NCBI RefSeq assembly: GCF_902713615.1
Contig: NC_052158.1
Location: forward strand, 40,477,729-40,541,728
Reading direction: 5' to 3'
Source of the DNA: Scyliorhinus canicula
Taxonomy: Eukaryota
Length of the DNA: 64,000 bases
The translations under genes and the position numbers were made by a program. The notes below the pieces were generated by a model, which did not search any database, was not told the DNA's origin, and saw only the letters and a list, made by a program, of their open reading frames with translations. Of this stretch, positions 25,332 to 36,600 are shown piece by piece (position 1 is the first letter of the stretch; every line of letters starts with the position of its first letter).

Positions 25332-26480
25332 CAGGGCCGGTGCTAGGAATTGCGGGCCCAATTAGAAAAGTGATGGCGGGGCCCCTACTCTACAAAAGTA
25401 AAAATTTATGTATGTTTATATTTCGTGTAGTATGCTCGTCTTTAACCAAAACAAAACATTAAATGCTTGATATACTAAAATTATACTTTCGGGGAACGCC
25501 TGCATCCCTCCGCCAACTTCCTAGCCACAACCTACCGCTAGATGAATTTTGAGTCATCTAACAAAACCAAACCAAACCAAACCTAACCTAACCTAACCTA
25601 GCGATTGCACTTTTCATAATATAACATTAATGGAACACGAAAAATAATCAATATATTCAGAATCAGCTGTTCCACCCACAAGCCATTTTTGATGCATTGT
25701 TTACATTCATGACAGCTGATCGTAGGCTAGACATATTTCCATTTCTACGGCTAATTTCGTACTGTTCTTTTGTAGTCTTTCTCTATGATATCCCAAACAC
25801 TCTCTAACACTGTCATATCATTATCATGCACTAAATATATATAAATATCCATGGAACACGATAAATAATCGGTATATTCTGAACCAGCTGATCACTCGCT
25901 AACCATTATTTAGTCTTCGGAGACGCACAATATTCACACTGTCATATGTCATTTATATGGCTAATTAGCCCACTCCTTCTGTTTCATTTTTTTCTAAACA
26001 CTAATGTTTTGTAAAATTATGTTGTTACAGCACAATATATCCTTAAATACGTAACAAAACACGATATATCCAAAGAGCAATGATACACACGCGAAGAAAA
26101 CAGAGTCTTTACACAATATACAAGGAACTTAAAGTACGACACTTATAAAAAATGAGAGAAAACGTGTTTTTATCATAGAGTAACCTAAACTCAGACGAAC
26201 TCTATCTTTTGGTACCCTTTTGGTTGAAAGACATAACCTTTTGGTTGTTGATAGAAGTGACATGACGACAATTTTCTGTTAATATAGTATGCTTAATAAA
26301 TTAATAATGTGAGGAATAAGAATTTCTCATTCTTCATTTCACGTTTTCAGTAGTGGTTTATTCCTCTTAGAATACAGAAAAGGCTTCAAACGGTAACTCT
26401 GTCGCCGCTGGTGTGGGGCCCCCTTAAGGTGCGGGGCCCAATTTGATAAAATTGGTCAAATAGGCTTAAAACCGGCCCTG
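25332..26480. mobile_element. Non-autonomous hAT-type DNA transposon (MITE-like, 1149 bp) inserted in the gypsy RT
   Basis: Terminal inverted repeats CAGGGCCGGT / ACCGGCCCTG, 8-bp TSD GATGGACC / GATGGATC and subterminal GGGCCC motifs. Removing it restores the RT reading QREMDRMVD. Confidence 0.92.
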
Positions 26481-28550
26481 GATGGATCGAATGGTCGACA
26501 AGCACGGTTTATGGGCCACCTTCCCGTATCTCGATAACGTCACCATCTGCGGCCACGACCAGCAGGACCACAACATCAACCTCCAAAAAATCCTCCGAAC
26601 CGCAAAACTCCTTAATTTAACCTACAATAAGGATAAGTGCGTGTTTATCACCAACCGTCGAGCTATCCTTGGCTACGTAGTGCGTAATGGAGTGATAGGC
26701 TCAGATCCCGAACGCATGCGCCCCCTGATGGAACTCCCTCTCCCCAACTCCCTCAAATCCCTCAAACGCTGCCTGGGCTTCTTCTCCTATTACGCCCAGT
26801 GGATCCCCAACTATGCCGACAAAGCCCGCCCCCTCATCCAGTCCACCTCCTTTCCCCTGTCGATGGAGGCCCGCCAGGCCTTTAGCCGCATCAAAGCGGA
26901 TATCGCAAAGGCCACGATGCATGCTATCGATGAGTCCCTCCCATTCCAGGTCGAGAGCGATGCATCTGACGTAACTCTGGCGGCCACCCTGAACCAAGCG
27001 GGCAGACCCGTGGCCTTCTTCTCATGAACCCTCCGCGCTTCCGAAATCCGCCATTCCTCGGTGGAAAAGGAGGCACAGGCCATTGTCGAAGCCGTGCGAC
27101 ATTGGAGGCACTATCTGGCCGGCAGGAGATTTACCCTCCTCACAGACCAACGGTCAGTAGCTTTCATGTTCGATAATGCACAGAGGGGCAAGATCAAGAA
27201 CGACAAGATCTTGCGGTGGCGGATCAGGTTGTCCACGTACAACTACGATATCTTGTATCGTCCTGGGAAGCTCAACGAGCCTCCCGAAGCCCTATCCCAC
27301 GGTACCTGCGCCAGCGCGCAGATTGACCGCCTCCGCTCCCTCCACACGGACCTCTGCCATCCAGGGGTAACCCGTTTTTACCATTTTATTAAGACCCGCA
27401 ACCTGCCCTACTCCATTGAGGAAGTCAGGACTGTCACCAGGGACTGCCATGTCTGCGCCGAGTGTAAACCGCACTTCTACCGCCCCGAACGACCGCATCT
27501 GATCAAGGCATCCCGCTTCCCTTTCGCCATTCCCCGTCCCGACATGACCACTACAACCATCATAAAGGACCTCCTATCCATCTTCTCCCTGTTCGGTTAC
27601 CCCACGTACATCCACAGCGACCGGGGGTCCTCCTTTATGAGTGACGAACTGCGTCAATTCCTGCTCAGCAGGGGCATAGCCTCTAGCAGGACGACCAGTT
27701 ATAACCCCCGGGGTAACGGTCAGGTCGAGCGGGAGAATGGCACCATTTGGAAGACAACCCTGCTGGCCCTACGGTCCAGAGATCTCCCTATCCCCCGTTG
27801 GCAAGAGGTCATCCCCGACGCCCTGCATTCGATCCGGTCTCTCCTCTGTACTACCACTAATCAAACACCTCATGAACGTCTTCTTGTTTTCCCCAGGAAG
27901 TCATCCTCAGGATCCCCTCTCCCAACCTGGCTGGCCACCCCCAGGCCCACCTTGCTCCGGAAGCATGTGCGGGTGCACAAGTCCGACCCGTTGGTTGAGC
28001 GAGTCCAGTTACTCCACGCCAACCCGCAGTACGCGTACGTGGAGTATCACGACGGTCGGCAGGATGCGGTCTCGCTTCGGGACCTGGCACCCGCCGGCGT
28101 GTGGCCTTCCCCCACTACATCAACACCTCCCCCCCAACCCCAATTCCCCCCAGTGCCCCCCGCGCCCCCACAACCCAGCGCACAGACCCCCTCTTCCCCG
28201 ATTACAGCGTCTCCACCACCGGCCCGGGGTACGGAGACACATCTATGACCGACGCTCCCGGAGGCAAGGACGACCATCGGCCTGACGTCACCGGCTCCAC
28301 TGCGACGGTCCTCCAGAACACCACGGGCACCCGACAGGCTGATCATGTCCATCTGATGCGGCCATGGGACTTTTTTTAAATTCTGTTATTCATAGTTTAT
28401 AGTAGTAGTGTTGTTTTGCTGCGAGTCAGTGGGCAGCCCAACTTTATCGATTTTCACTGCTCATACCACCAGTCCTCGGACCCCTCCCCCTCTCTCCCAC
28501 TTACACACCCCCCCCCCCCCCCCCCGCCTTCTTTCTCCACAAGGGGTGAA

Positions 28551-28829
28551 TGTGTGGTATGGATATGAGCTCTGCCATTGGTGCAGAGCATGGCTCCCCA
28601 TTGGCTCTGGCTGGTCATGTGCCACTCGTCCGATTGGTTGGGACTAGTCATGTGACTGCTCTCCAATTGTTCTAGAGGCAAGTAAGCCCCGCCTCCGAGG
28701 TGGGGTATAAGTACCCAGAGTTCCCAGCGATCAGCCTTACTCTGTAGCCGACCACCGGGCTAACAACTAGCTGATTAAATCCACAGTTCGGATCCTAATT
28801 GTGTCTTGAGTCAAATTGATGGTACATCA
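28551..28829 (+). repeat. 3' LTR of the gypsy element
   Basis: Direct repeat of 23015-23294 preceded by the polypurine tract. Confidence 0.95.
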
Positions 28830-29460
28830 GGGAGAGAGAAGTTTGTTATTTTAAACTTTGTGTCAAAACCAGGAAAGGCTTCCTTTGGGGATCATATTGG
28901 GCCGTCTTCCAAGCTGTTAGCACCCACTCTCCTCTCGGTTAGCCCTCCACATGGTGGGGGTGATCAATACACCGCGTCCCTACACCCACTCCCCATACCC
29001 CCACACCAAAGCCCGCCAACCCATGAGCTCCAGTCCGGTAAGTGTAGGGAACCTCAGAAGGTCAGAGTGTTGGTGTGGAAGGAGGTCACAGAGATGTGAA
29101 AGCTAACAGCTCTGTTCCATGGTCCACACAGCAATGTGGAAACTAACTGAATCATTTCACACAATCTGACAGGGTTGTATATTTCTTGATATTTCATCAT
29201 TGAAATTTAAATTTATGATTTCATGGGTAATGAAGCGAGGATAGGATTTATGGGTTGATGAGGGTTCAATGATGTTAAGTGGGGGTCAAATTTGATTGCC
29301 ATTGGAGACGCACTCACAAAGTATTTCTCTTATCTACACCCTGCACAGAGTGTGAAATTATCCACAAACCCCACAAATTCTTGGCCAAGCCAATACAGAA
29401 ATACAGAGGTATTTATTTCACATTTCTGTTCAGAGTGTGATGGTTGATAATGTCCAGGAG

Positions 29461-30296
29461 GGGGGAGTCCAGGGTCCCAGTGTCTCCTCTCTTTACACTG
29501 GAGCTGCTGGACGAGGGCTCTTCAATCTCACTGTGAGGGGGGAGTCCAGGGTCCCAGTGTCTCCTCTCTTTACACTGGAGCTGCTGGACGAGGTCTCTTC
29601 AATCTCACTGTGAGGGGGGAGACCAGGGTCCCAGTGTCTCCTCTCTTTACACTGGAGCTGCTGGACGAGGGCTCTTCAATCTCACTGTGAGGGGGAGTCC
29701 AGGGTCCCAGTGTCTCCTCTCTTTACACTGGAGCTGCTGGACGAGGTCTCTTCAATCTCACTGTGAGGGGGGAGTCCAGGGTCCCAGTGTCTCCTCTCTT
29801 TACACTGGAGCTGCTGGACGAGGTCTCTTCAATCTCACTGTGAGGAGGGAGCCCAGGGTCCCAGTGTCTCCTCTCTTTACACTGGAGCTGCTGGACGAGG
29901 TCTCTTCAATCTCACTGTGAGGAGGGAGCCCAGGGTCCCAGTGTCTCCTCTCTTTACACTGGAGCTGCTGGACGAGGGCTCTACAATCTCACTGTGAGGG
30001 GGGAGTCCAGGGTCCCAGTGTCTCCTCTCTTTACACTGGAGCTGCTGGACGAGGGCTCTTCAATCTCACTGTGAGGGGGGAGCCCAGGGTCCCAGTGTCT
30101 CCTCTCTTTACACTGGAGCTGCTGGACGAGGTCTCCACAATCTCACTGTGAGGGGGGAGTCCAGGGTCCCAGTGTCTCCTCTCTTTACACTGGAGCTGCT
30201 GGACGAGGTCTCTTCAATCTCACTGTGAGGGGGGAGCCCAGGGTCCCAGTGTCTCCTCTCTTTACACTGGAGCTGCTGGACGAGGACTCTTCAATC
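29461..30296. repeat. 77-bp tandem repeat, about 11 copies, abutting the class I promoter (mirror about 15765-16140, about 5 copies)
   Basis: Unit AGGGTCCCAGTGTCTCCTCTCTTTACACTGGAGCTGCTGGACGAGGGCTCTTCAATCTCACTGTGAGGGGGGAGTCC. Confidence 0.95.
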
Positions 30297-30306
30297 TCTC
30301 ATTTCT

Positions 30307-30317
30307 GTTTCACTTTC
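30307..30317 (+). promoter_or_regulatory. ISRE / IRF-binding element of the class I promoter
   Basis: GTTTCACTTTC matches the ISRE consensus GTTTCNNTTTC, about 270 bp upstream of the ATG. CCAAT/ATTGG boxes at about 30408 and 30553. Confidence 0.7.
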
Positions 30318-30581
30318 TGAAACGCAACCTGTCTGAGTTTAATCTGCCTGGTAACTGGTGACTGAAGGTTGTTTATTTCTTTAACTGGGTAATTTTCTGA
30401 GACGAACCAATCATCCAGCCTCTGGTTCAGGAAATGATTAGACCTGGAGTTAAACATTAAAATGGAGTCTGAGTAAATTTATTATTTTAATGTGTCTCCC
30501 AGTCTGTAAACAGGATTAGTTTCCTCCTCAGAGAGTTTGATTCCCAGTCACTGATTGGAACAGGAACAGTGGATTCCCAGA

Positions 30582-30633
30582 ATGTTCCTGATCCTTTTCT
30601 CCATCTCCCTGTGTTTTTCCTGGGTCTCTCCCG
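30582..30633 (+). CDS. MHC class I exon 1, signal peptide MFLILFSISLCFSWVSP
   Basis: Hydrophobic 17-codon leader ending G|gtaagt (phase 1), just downstream of ISRE and CCAAT motifs. Confidence 0.85.
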
Positions 30634-33600
30634 GTAAGTACAGAATTCACTCTTCCATTCTCACTCTCTCTCTCTCTCTGTCACTTCTCCAGCTCAGGGT
30701 CCGGGCTGAAAATACTCTGGAGATTGTCTGGGAGAGTTTGAGCGTTTAGAAGGAATGTGTGACACAATTTTGCACAGACATGGCGAACACCCTCTTTACT
30801 ACAGGCTCCATTTGACTCTTGAACCTGAATTATAACCCCGCCCCCCCCTCCCGGAATGGATACCTGGGGAGGGTGGGGTTCGTACAATATAGGACAGTGT
30901 GCTCCTGGTGCCATATGCATCACCTGACCACTCCTGGAGCTAGGACTTCCCAGTCTGCCACTGGGATTTTCCCCACAGCTTGGGAGACGTGTACCAGGTG
31001 TTTAGCCTGGCCCCAGCAGGAACTGACAGCCTGGTGGCTGGACTGAGCTGGAGAGGAGGGTGCCCCTTGATCAGTCACACTGGCTGCAATTCTCAGTGTG
31101 GTGGTGGGCAGCTCGAGCCGTCTCACCGACCAGGATAGCAGGATTGGTGATGATCTTTCAGGAATCACTGAAGGCAGGAACGGTCCCAGAGGAATGGAAA
31201 GTGGCTAATGTAACACCGCTGTTTAAGAAGGGTGGGGGGCAGATGGTGGGAAATTATCGGCCGGTTAGCCTGACTTCAGTCATTGGTAAGATTTTAGAGT
31301 CCATTATTTTATCATGCACCAAGTACTTTGCAATCTCATCATTGAGATCGCGGAGTACTTGGAAGTGCATGATAAAATAGGACTGAGATAGCATGGCCTT
31401 GTCAAGGGGAGGTCGTGTCTGACAAAGAGTTCTTTGAGGAGGTAACAAGGAAGTTAGACAAAGGAGAACCAGTGGATGTGATTTATTTAGATTTCCAGAA
31501 GGCCTTTGACAAGGTGCTGCATAGGAGATTATTAAATAAATTAACAGCCCATAGTGTTTAGTGTAAGATCCTGGCATGGATAGAGGATTGGCTGACTGGC
31601 AGAAGGCAGAGAGGGGATAAAGGGGTCTTTTTCAGGATGGCAGCCGGTGACTAGTGGTGTGCCTCAGGCGGTCTGTGCTGGGACCATAACTTTTCACAAT
31701 CTACATTAATGATCTGGAGGAAGAAACTGAAAGCACTGTTGCTAAGCTTGCAGATGATACAAAGATGTGCAGAGGGACAGGTAGTATTGATGAAGCAAGG
31801 GGGCTGCAGAAGGATTTGGACAAGCTAGGAGAGTGGGCAATGAAGTGGCAGATGAAATACAAAGTGGAAAAGTGTGAAGTTATGCACTTCGGAAGGAGGA
31901 ATTGTTACATAGACTATTTTCTAAATGGGGAAATGCTTCGGAAATCAGAAGCACAAAGGGACTTGGTAGCCCTTGATCACAATTCTTTTAAGGTTAACGT
32001 GCAGGTTCAGTCGGCAGTTAGGAAGGCAAATGTAATGTTAGCATTCATGTCAAGAGGGCAGGAATACAAGATTAGGGATATACATCTGAGGCTGTATAAG
32101 GCTCTGGCTGGACCCCATTTGGAGTATTGTGAGCAGTTATGGGCCCCGCATCGAAGGAAGGTTGTTCTGGCCTTGGAAAGGGTCCAGAGGAGGTTCACAA
32201 GAATGATCTGTGGAATGGAGCTTGTCGTCTGAAGAGCGGTTGAGGACTCTGGGTCTGTACCCGTTGGAGTTTAGAAGGATGAGGGGGGATCTTATTGAAA
32301 CTTACAGGATACCGTGAGGCCTGGATAGAGTGGACGTGGAGAGAGTGTTTCCACTTGTAGGAAAAACTAGAAGCAGAGGACACAATCTCAGATTAAAGAG
32401 ATGATCCTTTAAAACAGAGATGTGGAGGAAGTTCTTCAGCCAGAGGGTGGTGGATCTGTGGAACTCTTTGGAACTCTGTGGAATGGGGATGAAAAAATAT
32501 CAGCCATGATTAAATGGCAGAGCAGTCTCGATGGGCCGAGTGGACTAATTCTGCTTCTGTGTCTTATGGGCTAATGGTCTTGTAGGATGTTGCATAGGGT
32601 CCGTCAACCAATTAGAAGAACTGAAACTAATGAAGAGATAAATAAAAGGCGGCCGATCCTGCAATGAACAAACGGAGCACAGCCCAAAAGAAAATGGAGG
32701 AACAGAAACTTCGAAACATCAAACCAAAATCTGAAAATTGGGGTTGGTAAAGAAGTCTAACCCCTGTGGTACCAACAGAGCACGGAAGGCGTCGAGTGTA
32801 TCCGTGGACACCGCATGTTCCCTCTCCAGGGATATCCGGCCACGAAAGCCACAGAAGATGGGCCGACAGTCCGGTCGGACGGCCCCTATGGTCGCCCGCT
32901 GCCTGGACCTCTTTATGGCACACTTTGCCAGGCCCAGGAGCAGGTTCACGAGGAGGCCCTCCGTCCTCCCCTCCACCCCCCGCTCCGGATGCCAGTAGAT
33001 CAGAAGCGTGGGCTGAAGTGCAAACAAAACTTTAACAACAACTTTGTTAAGAAACCAAAAAGGGAGTGCAGCCTAAAACACTCAACATTGACGTGGCTCA
33101 GGGACTCCAGAAGGCTGCAAAACTAATAGCTGTAGTGTCCTTTTAACCCCCCTTGTGAGCATTTCATGCAGCTTTGTCAAGGTCCAGCTCCCTACCCCAT
33201 GATGTTCCCTCTGCCTTCCATTATTTATCTTCCTCCATCTCCCCGTCCTCTGCCTGCCATCGTGAGCCTTGGCCCATCCCCAACCCCTGGCTCAACCCTA
33301 CTTCCACATTGTCCCAACTCCTTGTCTTCATCAAGCCACCACCACACATCCCTTCCCCAACCTCAACTCGCACTCCACCCCCAGTAAAATTCCAGACCTT
33401 TGTTGGGTTGGCTGCATGGGCCCAGCAGAACGGTGCAGTCCAGATAGACACTGCCATGTGTGGCACCGGAGGGCTGGAGGCCCCTATACTGCCCAACCCC
33501 AGGCACTATGCGAATCCCAGGTAGTGAGACAGGAGAGTCCATGGGTTCAGGAACACAGTGCTGATCATGAAGAACAGCTCAGCGTGAAGAAGGAGGGCGG

Positions 33601-36600
33601 GAACTTCCGAGCAGAGTGGTGAACAGCACATCAGACGTAGCACAGCACTAAGGCAGAAAGTTATTCACACATCTGGCAGCATTGAAAGGCCTGATGGGAT
33701 TCCGGCAGGCAACTGCTTTAATGAGCATTCCTGGAAGTGATTGCCATTCACACTGCCAGCCAGCAGGAAAGCTGGGCCGCCATTAGCCCACCACAGGGAC
33801 AAGCGCAACTGGATTTTATACCGGCAGGTTTCTGATCCCGGTGGGATCAGCGGATTCATCCACCAGCGAACAGCAGGAGAATTCTGTCCTTTATCTCCCA
33901 TCAAACCCTCTGTTGTATCATTCTTCACAATCTGTCCATCAGAAGTCCTCCTTCCCACATTTGCAAAGCCCCCTTGCTCCATCCTGATCATATTCCCCAC
34001 AATTCATTCTCTTTCCAGTTTTCTTCCCTCGTATTCTTCCTTCCTTCACTCACCACATAACTCCTCATATTGCTCACTATCTCGGCAATTTCTCACATCT
34101 GTCTTTCTGTTGCTCATTCCGAATTGCACTCTTCCCATACCGCTCACTCTCCCCATACCGCTCACTCTCCCCATACTTCTCACTCTATCCATACCGCTCA
34201 CTCTCTCCATACCGCTCACTCTCCCCATACTGCTCACTCTATCCATACCGCTCACTCTCCCCATACCGCTCACTCTCCCCATACCGCTCACTCTCCCCAT
34301 ACTGCTCACTCTCTCCATACCGCTCACTCTCTCCATACTGCTCACTCTCCCCATACCGCTCACTCTCTCTATACCGCGCACTCTCCCCATACCGCTCACT
34401 CTCCCCATACCGCTCACTCTCCCCATACTGCTCACTCTCTCCATACCGCTCACTCTCCCCATACCGCTCACTCTCCCCATACCGCTCACTCTCCCCATAC
34501 CGCTCACTCTCCCCATACCGCTCACTCTCTCCATACCGCTCACTCTCCCCATACCGCTCACTCTCCCCATACCGCTCACTCTCCCCATACCGCTCACTCT
34601 CCCCATACCGCTCACTCTCCCCATACCGCTCACTCTCTCCATACCGCTCACTCTCCCCATACCGCTCACTCTCCCCATACCGCTCACTCTCCCCATACTG
34701 CTCACTCTCTCCATACCGCTCACTCTCTCCATACCGCTCACTCTCTCCATACCGCTCACTCTCTCCATACCGCTCACTCTCTCCATACCGCTCACTCTCT
34801 CCATACCGCTCACTCTCCCCATACCGCTCACTCTCTCCATACCGCTCACTCTCCCCATACCGCTCACTCTCTCCATACCGCTCACTCTCCCCATACCGCT
34901 CACTCTCCCCATACCGCTCACTCTTCCCATACCGCTCACTCTCCCCATACCGCTCACTCTCCCCATACCGCTCACTCTCCCCATACCGCTCACTCTCCCC
35001 ATACCGCTCACTCTCTCCATACCGCTCACTCTCTCCATACCGCTCACTCTCCCCATACCGCTCACTCTCCCCATACCGATCACTCTTCCCATACCGCTCA
35101 CTCTCCCCATACCGCTCACTCTCTCCATACCGCTCACTCTCCCCATACCGCTCACTCTCTCCATACCGCTCACTCTCTCCGTACCGCTCACTCTCCCCAT
35201 ACCGCTCACTCTCCCCATACCGCTCACTCTCCCCATATCGCTCACTCTCCCCATACCGCTCACTCTCCCCATAATGCTCACCCTCCCCATACCGCTCACC
35301 CTCCCCATACCGCTCACCCTCCCCATACCGCTCACTCTCCCCATACCGCTCACTCTCCCCATACCGCTCACTCTCTCCATACCGCTCACTCTCCCCATAC
35401 CGCTCACTCTCTCCATACCGCTCACTCTCTCCGTACCGCTCACTCTCCCCATACCGCTCACTCTCCCCATACCGCTCACTCTCCCCATATCGCTCACTCT
35501 CCCCATACCGCTCACTCTCCCCATAATGCTCACCCTCCCCATACCGCTCACCCTCCCCATACCGCTCACCCTCCCCATACCGCTCACTCTCCCCATACCG
35601 CTCACTCTCCCCATACCGCTCACTCTCCCCATACCGCTCACTCTCCCCATACCGCTCACCCTCCCCATACCGCTCACTCTCCCCATACCGCTCACTCTCC
35701 CCATACCGCTCACTCTCTCCATACCGCTCACTCTCTCCATACCGCTCACTCTCCCCATACCGCTCACTCTCCCCATACCGCTCACTCTCTCCATACCGCT
35801 CACTCTCCCCATACCGCTCACCCTCCCCATACCGTTCACTCTCTCCATACCGCTCACTCTCCCCATACCGCTCACTCTCTCCATACCGCTCACTCTCCCC
35901 ATACCGCTCACTCTCCCCATACCGCTCACTCTCCCTACACAGCTCACTCTCCCCATACCGCTCACTCTCCCCATTCCGCTCACTCTCCCCATTCCGCTCA
36001 CTCTTCCCATACCGCTCACTCTCCCCATACCGCTCACTCTCCCCATACCGCTCACTCTCCCCCTACCGCTCACTCTCTCCATACCGCTCACTCTCTCTCC
36101 CCATACCGCTCACTCTCCCCATACCGCTCACTCTCCCCATACCGCTCACTCTCCCCATACCGCTCACTCTCCCCATACCGCTCACTCTCCCCATACCGCT
36201 CACTCTCCCCATACCGCTCACTCTCCCCATACCGCTCACTCTCTCCCCATACCGCTCACTCTCCCCATACCGCTCACTCTCCCCATACCGCTCACTCTCC
36301 CCATACCGCTCACTCTCCCCATACCGCTCACTCTCCCCAGGCTACTCATTCTCCCTATATGCTCACATTCCCCATCGTGCTCACTCTCTCCATACCGCTC
36401 GCTCTCCCTGTATGCTCACTCTCCCTGTACTACTCACTCTCCCTGTGTGCTTACTCCCCATCGTGCTCACTCTGCCCATACCGCTCGCTCTCCCTGTATG
36501 CTCACTCTCCCTGTACTATTCACTCTCCCTGTGTGCTTACTCCCCATCGTGCTCACTCTGCCCATACCGCTCGCTCTCCCCATCGTGCTCACTCTGCCCA

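Larger units (their letters stand above)
23015..28829 (+). mobile_element. Full-length but decayed Ty3/gypsy LTR retrotransposon (gag-PR-RT-RH-INT order)
   Basis: Two ~280-bp TG...CA LTRs and a PPT (aaggggtgaa) before the 3' LTR. gag starts at ATG 23318 and has a double zinc knuckle (CYFCG...CKSCGKKGHYAVVC). Protease LLDSRS at about 24560; RT motifs SPWRAQ, IDY, DLKSAYH, PFG, YLDN; RNase H ESDASD and TDQ; integrase HHCC and HSDRG..GQVER. Premature stops and frameshifts. Confidence 0.96.

Noticed and set aside
25332-26480. Foreign contamination or chimeric assembly explaining the AT-rich block
   Set aside because: Clean TIRs, an 8-bp TSD and exact restoration of the RT frame indicate a real transposition.
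29461-30296. RSS heptamer CACAGTG in each 77-bp unit (- strand)
   Set aside because: No ACAAAAACC-like nonamer at 12- or 23-bp spacing and no V/J segments nearby.
30568-30580. NF-kB enhancer-A-like TGGATTCCCA
   Set aside because: Only a partial match and just upstream of the ATG, probably in the 5' UTR; insufficient support.
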